Shown here one piece after another: positions 1 to 11,200 of a stretch of DNA of 64,000 nucleotides; the first letter of the stretch is position 1; every line of letters begins with the position of its first letter. The position numbers were made by a program, and so were the translations under genes. Source of the stretch: Corallochytrium limacisporum Hawaii. Lineage: Eukaryota; Protista; Pluriformea. The notes under the pieces were generated by a model. It was not told the DNA's origin and did not search any database. It saw nothing but the letters and a program-made list of their open reading frames with translations. The stretch is from NCBI GenBank assembly GCA_002811645.1, contig PDIP01000113.1:21266-85265 (forward strand), written 5' to 3'.

Positions 1-1174
1 GGGGGGGGGAGGAGGAGGAGGGCCGGAGGGTTGGTTGGCCGGGGGCTCTGTGCAGGGAGTTAGAGCGCTGTCAGTGGTGTGTGCCGCCCTCCCTGTCCAT
101 ATCCCGAACTGCAAGAAATCACCCGGAGGCCCCCCCACCCCGGGCGGGGGGAGGGGGCCGGCGGAGCGTGTCCCTCTCGCTCATTTTTCTTTTAACTTTT
201 TTTTTCTTTTTGCTCTTTCCGATCCTCTCTCGCTCTGTCCCCTAACCTAACCCTCCCTCCTCTCCCTTTCTCGCATTCTGCGGAACGAATGTGGCAAGGG
301 TGGAGGCCGAGGTGTGGAAAAAAAAAACGGAAGGAGGGAAGGGGAGGGGGGGGTGTACCACCCCAACGACTACTACTACCACCACCCCACCCCGGCTCCC
401 CCCAATCTTTTTTCGGAACCCTAACCCTTACCTCCGCCCCACTTCCCCGGGTTCATACACACAGCAAAGGGGAAAAAAAAATTGGAGGAGGATAAAAAAG
501 TGGGGCGTGAGCCGCGGGATTCGCAGAGAACGGCGGACGGAAGAGGAGCGGGGCTCGGGGACTAAGGGCTCACTTTGCCCTGCGGCGGCCCGCTGTTTGG
601 ACCCCCCCCATCTCAACTTCTCACTCACAGCTCTCTTCTTCGCAGGGTGTGTGAGTGAGTGCTGGTAAGTGTGTACACGGTCTACTGCCCCCACTCTCCT
701 CTCTCTCTCTCCCCCCCCCTCCCCCCGAGTTCCGTTTCCGGACCGAGGAACACCCTCTGCCGTCACTGAGTGAGCAAGCGCAGAAAAAGTGCAGAACTGC
801 AAAGTTTCTTATCGCACCAGGACCAGGATAAGGAAACGGGCTGTGACACTCCGCCGTGTCACTCTGCAAAGCCCAAGTTGCATTTCTGTTCAGAAATTTG
901 AAATTGGTGTCGTGTTTACCTCATTGTTTGCAGTCCTTGTGGGCGTGACCATTTTGGTCACGGGTAGCTATTTGGTGAATCCCACAAGAGTGTTCTAAGC
1001 GGCTGGTGGGCGAATAACTAGTACACCTTTTTTTGAAACCACGAGACACGGGCGTTGCACGCAAACACTGACGGGTTCAGTTGGTTTTGTTTTGTTTTGT
1101 CTTGTACGCGCCACTACAAGTCTTGTTCTCGGTTTGGCGAGGAATAGGGTTTGGTTGGAACTCGACGGAAACAT

Positions 1175-1258
1175 GTAAGCGTGTCACTGCGGCTCCGAAC
1201 ACCTATTCTGTGGGAAATAAACAAATCACTAACGACATGGGTCTGTGAAGTACCTCAG
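1175..1258 (+). other. Candidate 5'-UTR intron of ARID4
   Basis: GTAAGC at 1175, CACTAAC at 1227-1233, AG at 1249-1250 or CAG at 1256-1258. A further donor TG|GTAAGT lies at 665. Confidence 0.5.
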
Positions 1259-1300
1259 TGCGTGAACTGACGTGACAAAGGCCATTGCGTGGACTATACC

Positions 1301-4300
1301 ATGGCGTCACGAGCCATTGCACGGCATAAAGAGTCTGCATCCTCGGCCTTATCGGGGATCACGGACCATGCCGTGCAGCCGCTCAAACCGAACAGCGAAG
1401 TTAGTGCGAAATACAAAGGAGCATTCTGTGAGGCACGTATCAAGAGCGTAACGCCAACTGTGAATGTTCACGTGTCATGCACAGAAAAGGGACGCCGAGT
1501 CGTGAAGACAGCCAAGCACTACAATGTGCGGGGTGACCTCAACGTGGGATCCATTGTTGAAATCCTTGGCGCCAACCAAACTGTGCTATGGGAAGGCAAG
1601 GTCAACAAACTCGTGGACGCAAGCGAGTATGTCGTAGTCTTCGATGACGGCGACACACGGAATCTTCGACGGAACGCAATCATGCCCAAAGGCAAGCGGT
1701 ACTTTGTCAATGAACAGACGCTAGACGACACTCCCCTTACAGACCCGGAAAAGGCCCTGCGTGGAAACCACAGTGGGGACGATTCTGCAAGTGAAGGACC
1801 AACAGTAAACGGAGACACCTCAGCGTCAGGGCTCCGGTCCACACCAAGGGGCACACCCAGATCCCTTGGTCGTCGACGACCGACTCGAGATTCCAGCGAT
1901 TCCGAGTTAAACTCTCCAGAGTACTACGGACCGGTGGAAGCGTCGTTGGATGACACGAAGAAGTATCTGGGATTGTCCTTCGGCGAGACAGCAAGAATGT
2001 GCACGGTCTGGGCGAAGGATCGAGAGGATGACACATGGAAGGTTGGTCTGGTAGTACCACTGGAGGACCGGGACGATACCATGGGACACGTGTCCCGAGG
2101 ACACATCGTGATCCGGTTTTTCCACGACCGCAGCTATGCAGCCTACCGTCCCGGCGACCTCCAGCCATTTGATTCTAGTCGTTGGGAAGGACGAAAGCTA
2201 CCGTATGCATTGCAGCAGGCCATGAAATTCGAAAAGGTAGGTGACGTGACTCACGAAATGATGTGGAAGGCGTGGCGTGTCCGCGTGAAGGGCGAGGAAG
2301 AACCCATGCCGACCGACGACCAAAGCAACGGCACCACCACCACCACAGGTGCAGTAGATGCGGACGTCGACGCTGACGTCGAAGCCGACGCCGACGCAGA
2401 TGGAGGGCTCGTGCAGGCCAATGGCCATGTTAAAGAAGAACAAGAAGAAGGAGAAGAGGAAGGAGAGGGTATTGGAGACGCCCAGATTGATGATGAGGTT
2501 CGAGAGGATATAGACAGCATACCTGGAATACCGTCGCGAGATGCATTCACTAAACGTCTCATGGAGCTGCGTGAGGAACACAAGGTGGTTCTGAGTCGGG
2601 AACCACAGTTGGGTCACCAGCCGCTAGACTTTTACCTGCTGTTTAATCTGGTAAAGTTGAATGGCGGTTACGAACACCTGACGGAAAGTCAGGGTTGGCG
2701 GGAGATCTACCGTGCGCTCGGACTGAACATCACCACATCAAGTGCCAACTCCGTTAAAACAGCCTACGCCAAATATCTGCAGCCCTGGGAGAGTGAATTT
2801 GACGCTCTGTACGTAACCAGGGGCAGTGATTCCAAGCGCAGCAGCAGAGCGAGCTCAAAGAAGGACCGATCGTCACGAGCATCCCCTGCCGGATCAGACC
2901 ACGCGGAAAATGCCTTGCCCCCTCACGGCACTCTCTATGCTATTGGTGAGATGGTTCGGGCTATGGCCCCACATGACGGAGAGATGTATGACGCTAAGGT
3001 CATGGACATCAAAGTCTTTACCAAGGGAGAGCTCAAACGCCACCAGAAGGAGGGCGTTTACTACTTTTTGCACTGGCAGGGATGGAACAGCCGTTACGAT
3101 GAATGGATCCATGAAGAGGGCGTCCACTCATCGACGGGTGTTAAGAAGAAGATTGCACAAAAAGATGTGCTTCGCACGAAGGCTCGTATTCGCAGAGTCT
3201 CACAGAGCCACAGCGCAGTCGCCAGCGAGACAAACTCTGAAGTGAACCTCGGGGACGGATCGGAGACACCGTCAACCTCACTGCGGGGATCGAAAAGAAA
3301 TCCCAAACTACCACAGACCCCGGTGGAGAGCTCGTCGAAGTTGGCTGTACCACGGTCGCTGCAGGCGCAGGTCTCGGAAACAGACAGCGAAACGCCATCC
3401 CGCAGCCGCAGCGGTCTGCGGAATTCGAGCCGTCTGAATGGCACACTGTCCTCTAGCAATCTCGCGGGAGGCTACGCCTCCGATGCGGACTCTGTGAAGA
3501 GTGCGGATCGGCCAATACGGCGGGTCAAGAAAGAAACTCGGGCCTCGCTCAGCAGCCCCTGTCTTCATGCCAATGGAGGATTGCTCGGGGAAAGCCATAG
3601 CTCTGCTTCGACAGGGCGCATGCCTGCGCACAGCCGAGTCACGCGTGCCACTCGCCATGGATCTCGAGATCGCATAAATGCAGATGAGGGCAGCAGCGGC
3701 CTGGAAAATATCACCCTCGGCAAGGCTGGTAATGGTGCTGTTGACGGCCATGCTGCACTTCGCTCGCCCGAGATCAATGTAACGGGAGATGATGGTTTGC
3801 AACCAAGCGTCGGTGCCCCAGCATCGGAAGGCGCCAGCGTGCTCAGTGGGAACAGCCACACGGGCGGTCATACGGGCGGCAGCAGCCGTAGCAGCAAACC
3901 ACGCCAGCCCAAGCCAGCTCCTGTTGACCTCACGCCGTTCCAATTCGATGGCAACTACCCGGAGAACGTCCTAGCGAAGGGAGCCAGCGAAGAATCAAGC
4001 CCGGAAACAGACCAGGGAATCACGAAGGACATGGAAAAAGACGAAGCATTGCCTGTCGACGCGGGCTTTACCTGCGAAAATATTGAGCCTGTGCTGGCCT
4101 GCAAACAGAAGATCCAGGAGGAGGACCGGGAGAAGGTGCGCAAGCGTCGTGCCAAAATTCCTAAACTCTTTGACCTCATTGGCCACGACGCCACCATTGA
4201 TGAAATCCGCGAGCGTCGCAGGTGCCAGTCAATGCGCGAAAAGGCCGGAGTGCCCCTTGCCATTGAGCACCGTATGGAACAGCTACGTCGGATGTACCGT

Positions 4301-5101
4301 AAGCGGAAGGAAACCATGGCCTATCTCAAACAGGCTCGCGCCGACCGGGCTGGCCAGCCGCACTCACAAGTCCATAACGAATTCAATCTGCCGAGCGGGA
4401 TCTCTGCGGCGACCAAGGAAGCCTTAGCGCAGCGTCTAAAAAAGCGGAAGACGATGCCCGAGGATATGGCCCTGCATCCTTCCCTGCGCTATGAGACGGT
4501 ACCGCTCGCTCAGTTACAGCGACAGAAGATGCAGAAGACGTCCCACCACTCGCGCAGCAGTGGTGGGCAAGGGCGCGGTGGTAGTTATAAATCTTCTGTC
4601 CAGTACCGCAGCTCACATGCAAACAATACGGTAGGGAATGCCGCCTACGACGCCGCCTCTGCAGCAGCCGCAGGTCACCACTATGCGGCTGCAGCGGCCG
4701 CCGGAGCTATGCAACACTATGCGACGGCAGCAATGACAGTGCCGACCACGGGACCGCAGGCCGGTGGTTACTACTCAGCGTACACGGCGGCCGCAGTCGC
4801 ATATCCCGGCTACACCGGCGCCGCTGCAGCAGCGGGACCGGTCCAGTCGTCATCCTACTACCCACCGTATGGCGGTCCTGCTGCAGCGGGTGGCTATCCG
4901 CCCTATACTCCGACTACAACGGGACACTATCCTGCGTACGCAAGTGCAAGTGCGCATGGCTACCCTTCATATAGTGCCTGGGCGGCCTCGCAGCAGGGTG
5001 CTGCAGTCGCTGCGGCCACAACTGTCGGTGGCGGCGGTGGTGGTGGTGGGTACGGGCCCGATGCGATGGCCAATGGCCCATCTCCCGCGCGCAAGAAATG
5101 A
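1301..5101 (+). CDS. ARID4: ARID4/RBBP1-like chromatin protein (N-terminal Tudor, PWWP-like, ARID, chromo-barrel, C-terminal coiled coil, A/Y/G/P-rich tail)
   Basis: First ATG at 1301 (ORF track starts at GTG 1289). EVSAKYKGAFCEARIKSV and YVVVFDDGDTRNLRR...KGKRYF...TLDDTPLTDPE match the ARID4A/B N-terminus. ARID: PQLGHQPLDFYLLFNLVKLNGGY...WREIYRALGL...KTAYAKYLQPWE. Chromo-barrel: YFLHWQGWNSRYDEWI. Confidence 0.92.
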   Translation: MASRAIARHKESASSALSGITDHAVQPLKPNSEVSAKYKGAFCEARIKSVTPTVNVHVSCTEKGRRVVKTAKHYNVRGDLNVGSIVEILGANQTVLWEGKVNKLVDASEYVVVFDDGDTRNLRRNAIMPKGKRYFVNEQTLDDTPLTDPEKALRGNHSGDDSASEGPTVNGDTSASGLRSTPRGTPRSLGRRRPTRDSSDSELNSPEYYGPVEASLDDTKKYLGLSFGETARMCTVWAKDREDDTWKVGLVVPLEDRDDTMGHVSRGHIVIRFFHDRSYAAYRPGDLQPFDSSRWEGRKLPYALQQAMKFEKVGDVTHEMMWKAWRVRVKGEEEPMPTDDQSNGTTTTTGAVDADVDADVEADADADGGLVQANGHVKEEQEEGEEEGEGIGDAQIDDEVREDIDSIPGIPSRDAFTKRLMELREEHKVVLSREPQLGHQPLDFYLLFNLVKLNGGYEHLTESQGWREIYRALGLNITTSSANSVKTAYAKYLQPWESEFDALYVTRGSDSKRSSRASSKKDRSSRASPAGSDHAENALPPHGTLYAIGEMVRAMAPHDGEMYDAKVMDIKVFTKGELKRHQKEGVYYFLHWQGWNSRYDEWIHEEGVHSSTGVKKKIAQKDVLRTKARIRRVSQSHSAVASETNSEVNLGDGSETPSTSLRGSKRNPKLPQTPVESSSKLAVPRSLQAQVSETDSETPSRSRSGLRNSSRLNGTLSSSNLAGGYASDADSVKSADRPIRRVKKETRASLSSPCLHANGGLLGESHSSASTGRMPAHSRVTRATRHGSRDRINADEGSSGLENITLGKAGNGAVDGHAALRSPEINVTGDDGLQPSVGAPASEGASVLSGNSHTGGHTGGSSRSSKPRQPKPAPVDLTPFQFDGNYPENVLAKGASEESSPETDQGITKDMEKDEALPVDAGFTCENIEPVLACKQKIQEEDREKVRKRRAKIPKLFDLIGHDATIDEIRERRRCQSMREKAGVPLAIEHRMEQLRRMYRKRKETMAYLKQARADRAGQPHSQVHNEFNLPSGISAATKEALAQRLKKRKTMPEDMALHPSLRYETVPLAQLQRQKMQKTSHHSRSSGGQGRGGSYKSSVQYRSSHANNTVGNAAYDAASAAAAGHHYAAAAAAGAMQHYATAAMTVPTTGPQAGGYYSAYTAAAVAYPGYTGAAAAAGPVQSSSYYPPYGGPAAAGGYPPYTPTTTGHYPAYASASAHGYPSYSAWAASQQGAAVAAATTVGGGGGGGGYGPDAMANGPSPARKK

Positions 5102-5264
5102 GCATGTCCGCTCCTAGCGTCAATCATTTGCGCAACGGTAGTCTGAGAACCAACAACGAGCATACCATAAGGAAGCCAATATACATAAACAACAGAAATA
5201 TACCGATAACAAACAACGTGACATGAATGTTTGACTGATTCTAAACTGTACAATGAGGGATGAT

Positions 5265-8200
5265 TTACCTGACACCAAGAAATGAGAACGCACCACCGGC
5301 GGGTGCATTAGCTTTCTGCGCCTGTTCCTCGATCTTGCGCCGTTGCTCGGGTGTGTACTCGAGCACAGTGGAAAGTACCTGAGCCAATTTGATGGGATCC
5401 ACGCCCATGATATAGTTGAAGATGAGGCTTTTGATATACTCAATGCGATCTTCCAGCTCCTTCACACGTGATAAGTCTTCATGGCGGGCAGACTCAGGGC
5501 GCTGCTGCGGAGCGGCACTCCGAAGGGGGCTGTTGTCCTCCTCAGACTGCATTTCCAGACCGGTCGCGGCAGACGCGGCTCGCGCCGTGGTCGCCTGGCC
5601 ATGTGGCGAGGACCGTTGCTCCTGTTGCGCCTGCTCCAGACGTACAACCATGGACTTGAGGTCTTGGATCTCTTCTTCGTAGTCAACGATCTGGTCCTGG
5701 AGCGTCTTTTTGTCCTGTGACTGATCGCGAAGATCTTTCTCGAGGCGCTTACGAGCGTCTTTGAGCTGGGATTCCTGTTTACGACGCTCCTCCAGGTCCT
5801 CCTCGAGTTTCCCAATCTCACCCTTCAGGTATTCGACCTGCTGGTTCTCGCTCTTCAGTGCTTTAATTTCCTCCTCTAGAGGAGTCACACGGCTAGTGGC
5901 TGTGTCGCGTTCCTTCTCTAAGTCGCCGACCTTGAGCTGAAGTTCGTGAAGCTGCGATTTCATGCGCACTGTTTCTTCGTCCTGGCCTTGCTGTGCATCG
6001 TTCAGCTGCTGTCGCAGTTCAGCCTTGGTCTTTTCGAGCGCTTCGACCTCCTCCTTGGTCTCTTTAAGTTCAGTAGTCAGGTCGCGGATCTTACCTCCGA
6101 TTTCCTCCTGGTCATGCAGAGACTCAGCGACCTCGTCGAGTTTCTCTTCAAGACGCTTGATCTCTGCATCTTTTGCCCCTACGTCCCGTTCCAGATCGCC
6201 AGACTGACTGCGCAGAGTGACCATCTCCTTCTTGAGCCGAATATTTTCTTTCTCGGCCTCGAAGACTTTCTCTTCGATCTGGGATTTCTCTTCAGTGAGT
6301 TCCTGGATCTTAGATTTGTTGCCCTGGTGCGTACGCTTATACCGCGCCAGCAGGGATTCAAAGTGTTCAACCTTGGCCTCAGTATTCTTCTTGGCATTGT
6401 CAAGTTCCTCCTGAAGCTCCTCTTGACGCTGCTTCATCTCTGCGGTTACGCGATCACGTTCTTCACCCTCGGTGCGCTTCACCCTGTCAATCTCTTCCTC
6501 GAGCTCGGTGATCCGTGTTTGGTAGTCACTGACATGTTCAGCCTCACCACGCGTGGCTTCCTGATTATTTCGCAATTCGTCTCGTAGTTCACTGGCCTTA
6601 CGCTTCAAACTCTCGACTTCGGCTTCGAGATCAGCGATGGTTTGCGAAGACGTGGACTTGAATTGGGTTAAGCTCTCCACTTCGCTCTTCAGAGTATCCC
6701 GGTGTGTGTCCATTTCCTCGAGTTGTTGGCGGAGCATCGACTCCGTCTCGGTCGCAGCGGTGATATTGTGCTGGAGCGTCTTGTTGTTGTCCTCGACCTG
6801 CGCCTTGGTCTCACTCAGTTCACGGAACTGCTCCTTCAAGCCAGTGATTGTTTCAGTGTTGTCATTGGTTGTCTGCTGCAGAGCGTCTCGTTCCTCCTTC
6901 AGACGACGCCCGTATTCCTGCAAACGCTTGAACTTGTCGGTCAATTCAGTGTAGTTTTTGCTCTTGACCTCCAGTTCTTCCTTTACAGAATCCAGTTCGC
7001 CCGTAGTGGACTCGAGCTTGCCCTTGGTAGCATCAAGATCAGTCTGCAGCTGCTGCGTGGAGCGATCGGACTCGCCCTTTAGTGTCTCCCGCTCCTCGAG
7101 TAGTCCCTGCAGGCGCCGATTTAGGGCATCGACTTGTTCCAGTGACACGGCATTTTCCTTCAGCGCTGACTCCAGGTCAACCTCCAATTTCTTCACTGTG
7201 GTTCTCGATTCAGTGAGATCCTGAGCTACAGACTCTTGCGCAGCAGTGGTCTCACTCTTCACCTCTGCAAGCTGGCCTTGGAGATCCTCAATATGTTGCT
7301 TGGCATCTTCGAGCTGCTGTTTCAGACCCGCTTCGGTCTTCTGGGCCTCGCTGACGGCACTGCGCATCTGTTCCTCGGCATCGGCACGTGCGGTAGTCAT
7401 AGTCTGCAGGTCCTCCTGAGCCCTAGCAATCTGCTGCTGGAGGACTTCGGATTCTTCTCCACCCTTTTGCAATTCAGAAACTGTTTGCTGCACTTGCTCC
7501 AGTTGCACCTGCAGCTGCTGCTTAGCCTGTTGCTCTTGCTCCAATGTCAGCTTGTCAGCATCTGCCTGAGCAGTAAGTTCTTGGACACGCTTGACAATGG
7601 ATTCATTTTGCGCTTGTAGTGTGGTAAGACTCTCCTGCAGTTGAGCTAGTTCACCCGATAGCTTGTCTCGTTCTTCCAGGGCTGCCGTGAGCTGAGACTG
7701 TAGGGCCTTGCTCTCTTCGGAAGACCCCTGCCGTAGCTGCTCGATGGTTGCCCCCGCCTGCTTTGTCTCGATCTCTAATTTGTCGGTCTGCTCCTTAGCG
7801 TCAGCCAGCTCCTGCTGCAGGTTTTCCCGTTCCGAGTTGAATTGTTCCGTGGTTGTCTCCAGCTGTCCCTGAATCTTAGCATACTCCTCGCGCAGCCTTT
7901 CGAGATCGGCCAGCTGGGATTGGGATTCCTCAGACGATTCCTTCGCGGCTACAAGCTCTCCTTCAAGAGCAGACACCTTAGACTCGAGATCTACAACCTT
8001 CTGACCTAGGGCCTCGGCGCTGGCCTGAGATTCGCGCTGGCGAGACTGGGCTTCATCGAGCTGCTGGGCAAGACTCTGGCTCTGCTGGCTGGCATCTGAC
8101 TCCAAAATCTTGATCTTGTTCTGCGCCTGTTCAAACGCAGTTTGGATCTGCCGATTCTCGGTCTGTAACTCGGCCAACTGCTGCGTTAGAGCTTGGCTCT

Positions 8201-11200
8201 GCTCACTGGCAGTGGACTCTAAAGTTCTAGCTTTCTCCTGCTCCTGAACAAGTGCTGTCTGCGCATCGGTGAGTTGTTGTGTCAGCGTGTGGGTCTGTTC
8301 ACTGGCAGTAGATTCTAGGGTTGTGATTTTCTCTTGAGCCTGGTTCAGAACTGTCTGTATCTGCTCTCTTTCAGACTGGGCGGTAACGAGTTGTTGCTGG
8401 AGCTCTTCTGCGGATGCGGCAGCTGACGACTTGGTCTCCTCCACTGTGCTTTCCAAGGAGGCGATGGTCTCCTTCGCTTGCTGAAGTTCTCCCAAAAACT
8501 GCTCCTTCTCAGCCTGCCGGGTCTCTTGTTCTGTTTGCAAGACCTTCAACTGCTCAGAACTCTGATCACTGGCAGACGATGCCTCTGCCAGCTGACGTTG
8601 AAGGTCCTGAATTCGACCCCGAGCCTTTTGCGTCAGATCTTCAATGCGCTTCTTAGATTCTTCTGCCTCCGATGTGGCCTTATCATTGGCTTCCTCCAGC
8701 TCGCTTACTTTGTCAGCGATCTGTTGAACCTCCGATTCTTTGGTAGAGATCTGAGTTTGCAGTTCCTGAACCTGGCTCGACAGAGACTGTATGCGATCTT
8801 CCGCATCGGTCTTCTCTTGTTGCATGGCTGCTAGAACTTCGTCATGGCTGCGCTTAGAGGCACTCAGAGCATTTTGAGCCTCTTCCATCTTAGTTTGCAT
8901 ATTCTGGACCTCCTGGCCCTTGTTGCTCTGCAGTTCTTTCACGGTCTCCTGACTATTGGCCAGTTGGTCTGCCAGTTCACTAATCTCACGGTTAAGTTCA
9001 TCAGCCTGCTGCTGCAATCGTTTCTCAAAAGCACTACGTTCAGTCTCGAGTGTGGCTGCGTGCTCCTGGGGCAACTGCTGCAGCCGAGTGTTGGATTCTT
9101 CGAGCTGCTTCTTCACTGTCTCCACCTCTGCAACCTGCAGAGTTAGAGACTCAATGTGTTCCTGTAGTTTTTGAACTTCCGCACCACTGGACGACTCGGC
9201 AGATTGGAGTGCCTTCCGCAGATTGTTGAGCTCAGCGTCGTGCTCGGCACCAGTGCTTTCTATACGTTGTTGTAGGTCTTCAACCAGGCCACGGAGCTTT
9301 TCGTTTTCGGCGTTCACGGTTTCTACTTGCTGCGAAGCAGCCGATCCGGAGTCCTGAGCTTGCGATAGCTCCTGCTTTAGGGTCGCAATTAGAGCAGTCA
9401 TCTCGTCCGCATTGGATGATGCACCCTGTGCCATCTGTTGCGCCTGCTGCAGCTCGTTCTCCAGTGAGGCAGTTTTCTGCGTAGCGGTATCGAGCTCTTC
9501 ACGCAACTGTCGCACTTCATCTCCAGTTTCCTGATCGCTCCTTTCCAGATCAGCCACCTGCTTCTTGAGTGACTCGACAAGGTCCTTCTCGGATACCAGG
9601 CCTTGTTGCGCAGAGCTCAATTCACCACGAAGCTTTGTTATGTGAGAGTCTGAGTCTTGGGCCTCCTTCTGGAACGCAGCGATTTGATCCTGCAAGACGC
9701 TGACTTGCTCTTTTTCTGCAGCAAGAGCCTGTCCTGTTCCGGTCATTTGGGCCTTTAACTCCTCCAGCTCTGCCCGTATGGCAGTGCCGTCGTCCTTCTG
9801 GGCCAACAGTGCGGTGACATTTTGCTGTTCACGTTGACTGCTAGCGAGGTCCTCTTTTGTGCTTGCCAGATCAGACTGGAGTTGCAAAATCATCGCCTTG
9901 TCTGCCTCTCGCTGCTCCTCAGCGGCTTGCTTGGCCTCGGCACGCTGTATCTGCAGCTGTTCCTGTGATGACTGCAGAGCATCCTCCATGGACTTAACCT
10001 TGAGAGCCATTTCTTCCGTCTCGGTCTTCGTACCGCCAGCGGATTGCTGAAGTTTCTCGAGTTGGGCTTTGGTGTCCGCGTAATCCTTCTCCGCCTGCTT
10101 CAGCCGAGGAACAGCTTTGCGAAGCATGCCTTCGTACTTCTCCGCAAGTTCTTTCTGCTTCTGCAGCTCAGCCGTTGCCTCTTCGAGTTCCTTGGAGGAT
10201 GTCGGAGGGCCTCCTTCCCCGCCCTCAAGCTTTGTGCGCATCGCCGTCATCTCTGCGTCAAATTGTTTCCAGCTGGTTTCGTATTGCTCGCGTAGATCTT
10301 TCAAAGCTTGTTGCGACTGGACATGTTCATTCCGGCTTTTTTCCAAATCTTGCTGCAGGACTCCCATCTGCTCCGTAAGCCTTTGAGCTTGGTTGCGGTA
10401 TGTTTCAATTTCATTGCTTGACTTGAGGGCGTGCTCCTCTAGCTGCTGACGGTACACCTCAGAGCGCTGCTCATTCTCGCCAGACTTGTCTCTAAAAGAG
10501 CTCAATTCCGCAGATAGTTTCTCCAATTTCTCGGACTGTTCCCGTGTCGTGCCCTTGAGCCGCTCGACCTCGCGTCGCTTGTTCTCCAACTCAGCCTTGA
10601 CATCACCGTCTTGACCGCCATCCTGTTCCTTACTCATTTCCATAATGCGTTCACGGAGCATGGTGACTTGTTCGCGGAGCATTTGGGCCTCTTCACTGGC
10701 GTCACTTTGGTTCTTGGGAGTTTGCATTTCTCCACGGGATCCCTTGCGAGTAAACAGACCACTCTTCGAAGCGGGTGCTGCTATACCCTTCTTGGCGTCT
10801 TCAAGTTGCCGCGACTGATCGGCAAAAGCCTCGTTCATTTGCATTAGCTGCTCCTGAATCATACTGCGTTCTTCCTGTGCTCGCTTTTCTGCAGCACGCG
10901 TGTTTTCTAGTACTTCCTTAATTCGGCTCACCTGATCCTGCAGGCGTTTGTTCTCAGCCGTAAGCATGCCAACCTCTTCTTTGGCAGCACTGGTGTCCAC
11001 GGTGCTTCCGGCACTGGATATCGGTTCGTCTCCGTCGTCACCGAAGGGATTCTTCTTCCGTCGATTACGCTTTGCTTCGCCTCCACCAGCACCGGAACTG
11101 TCCTTCACCGACGTATCACTGCTCGAACTAGCCTTGGCCTGCTCGATTCTTTTGAGCTCCCGCTCCTTGAGCTCGCTCTGCAGAATCTGCAACTGTGACT

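Noticed and set aside
240-430. CCCTAA telomere-like hexamers
   Set aside because: Only one or two imperfect copies at each site; not an array.
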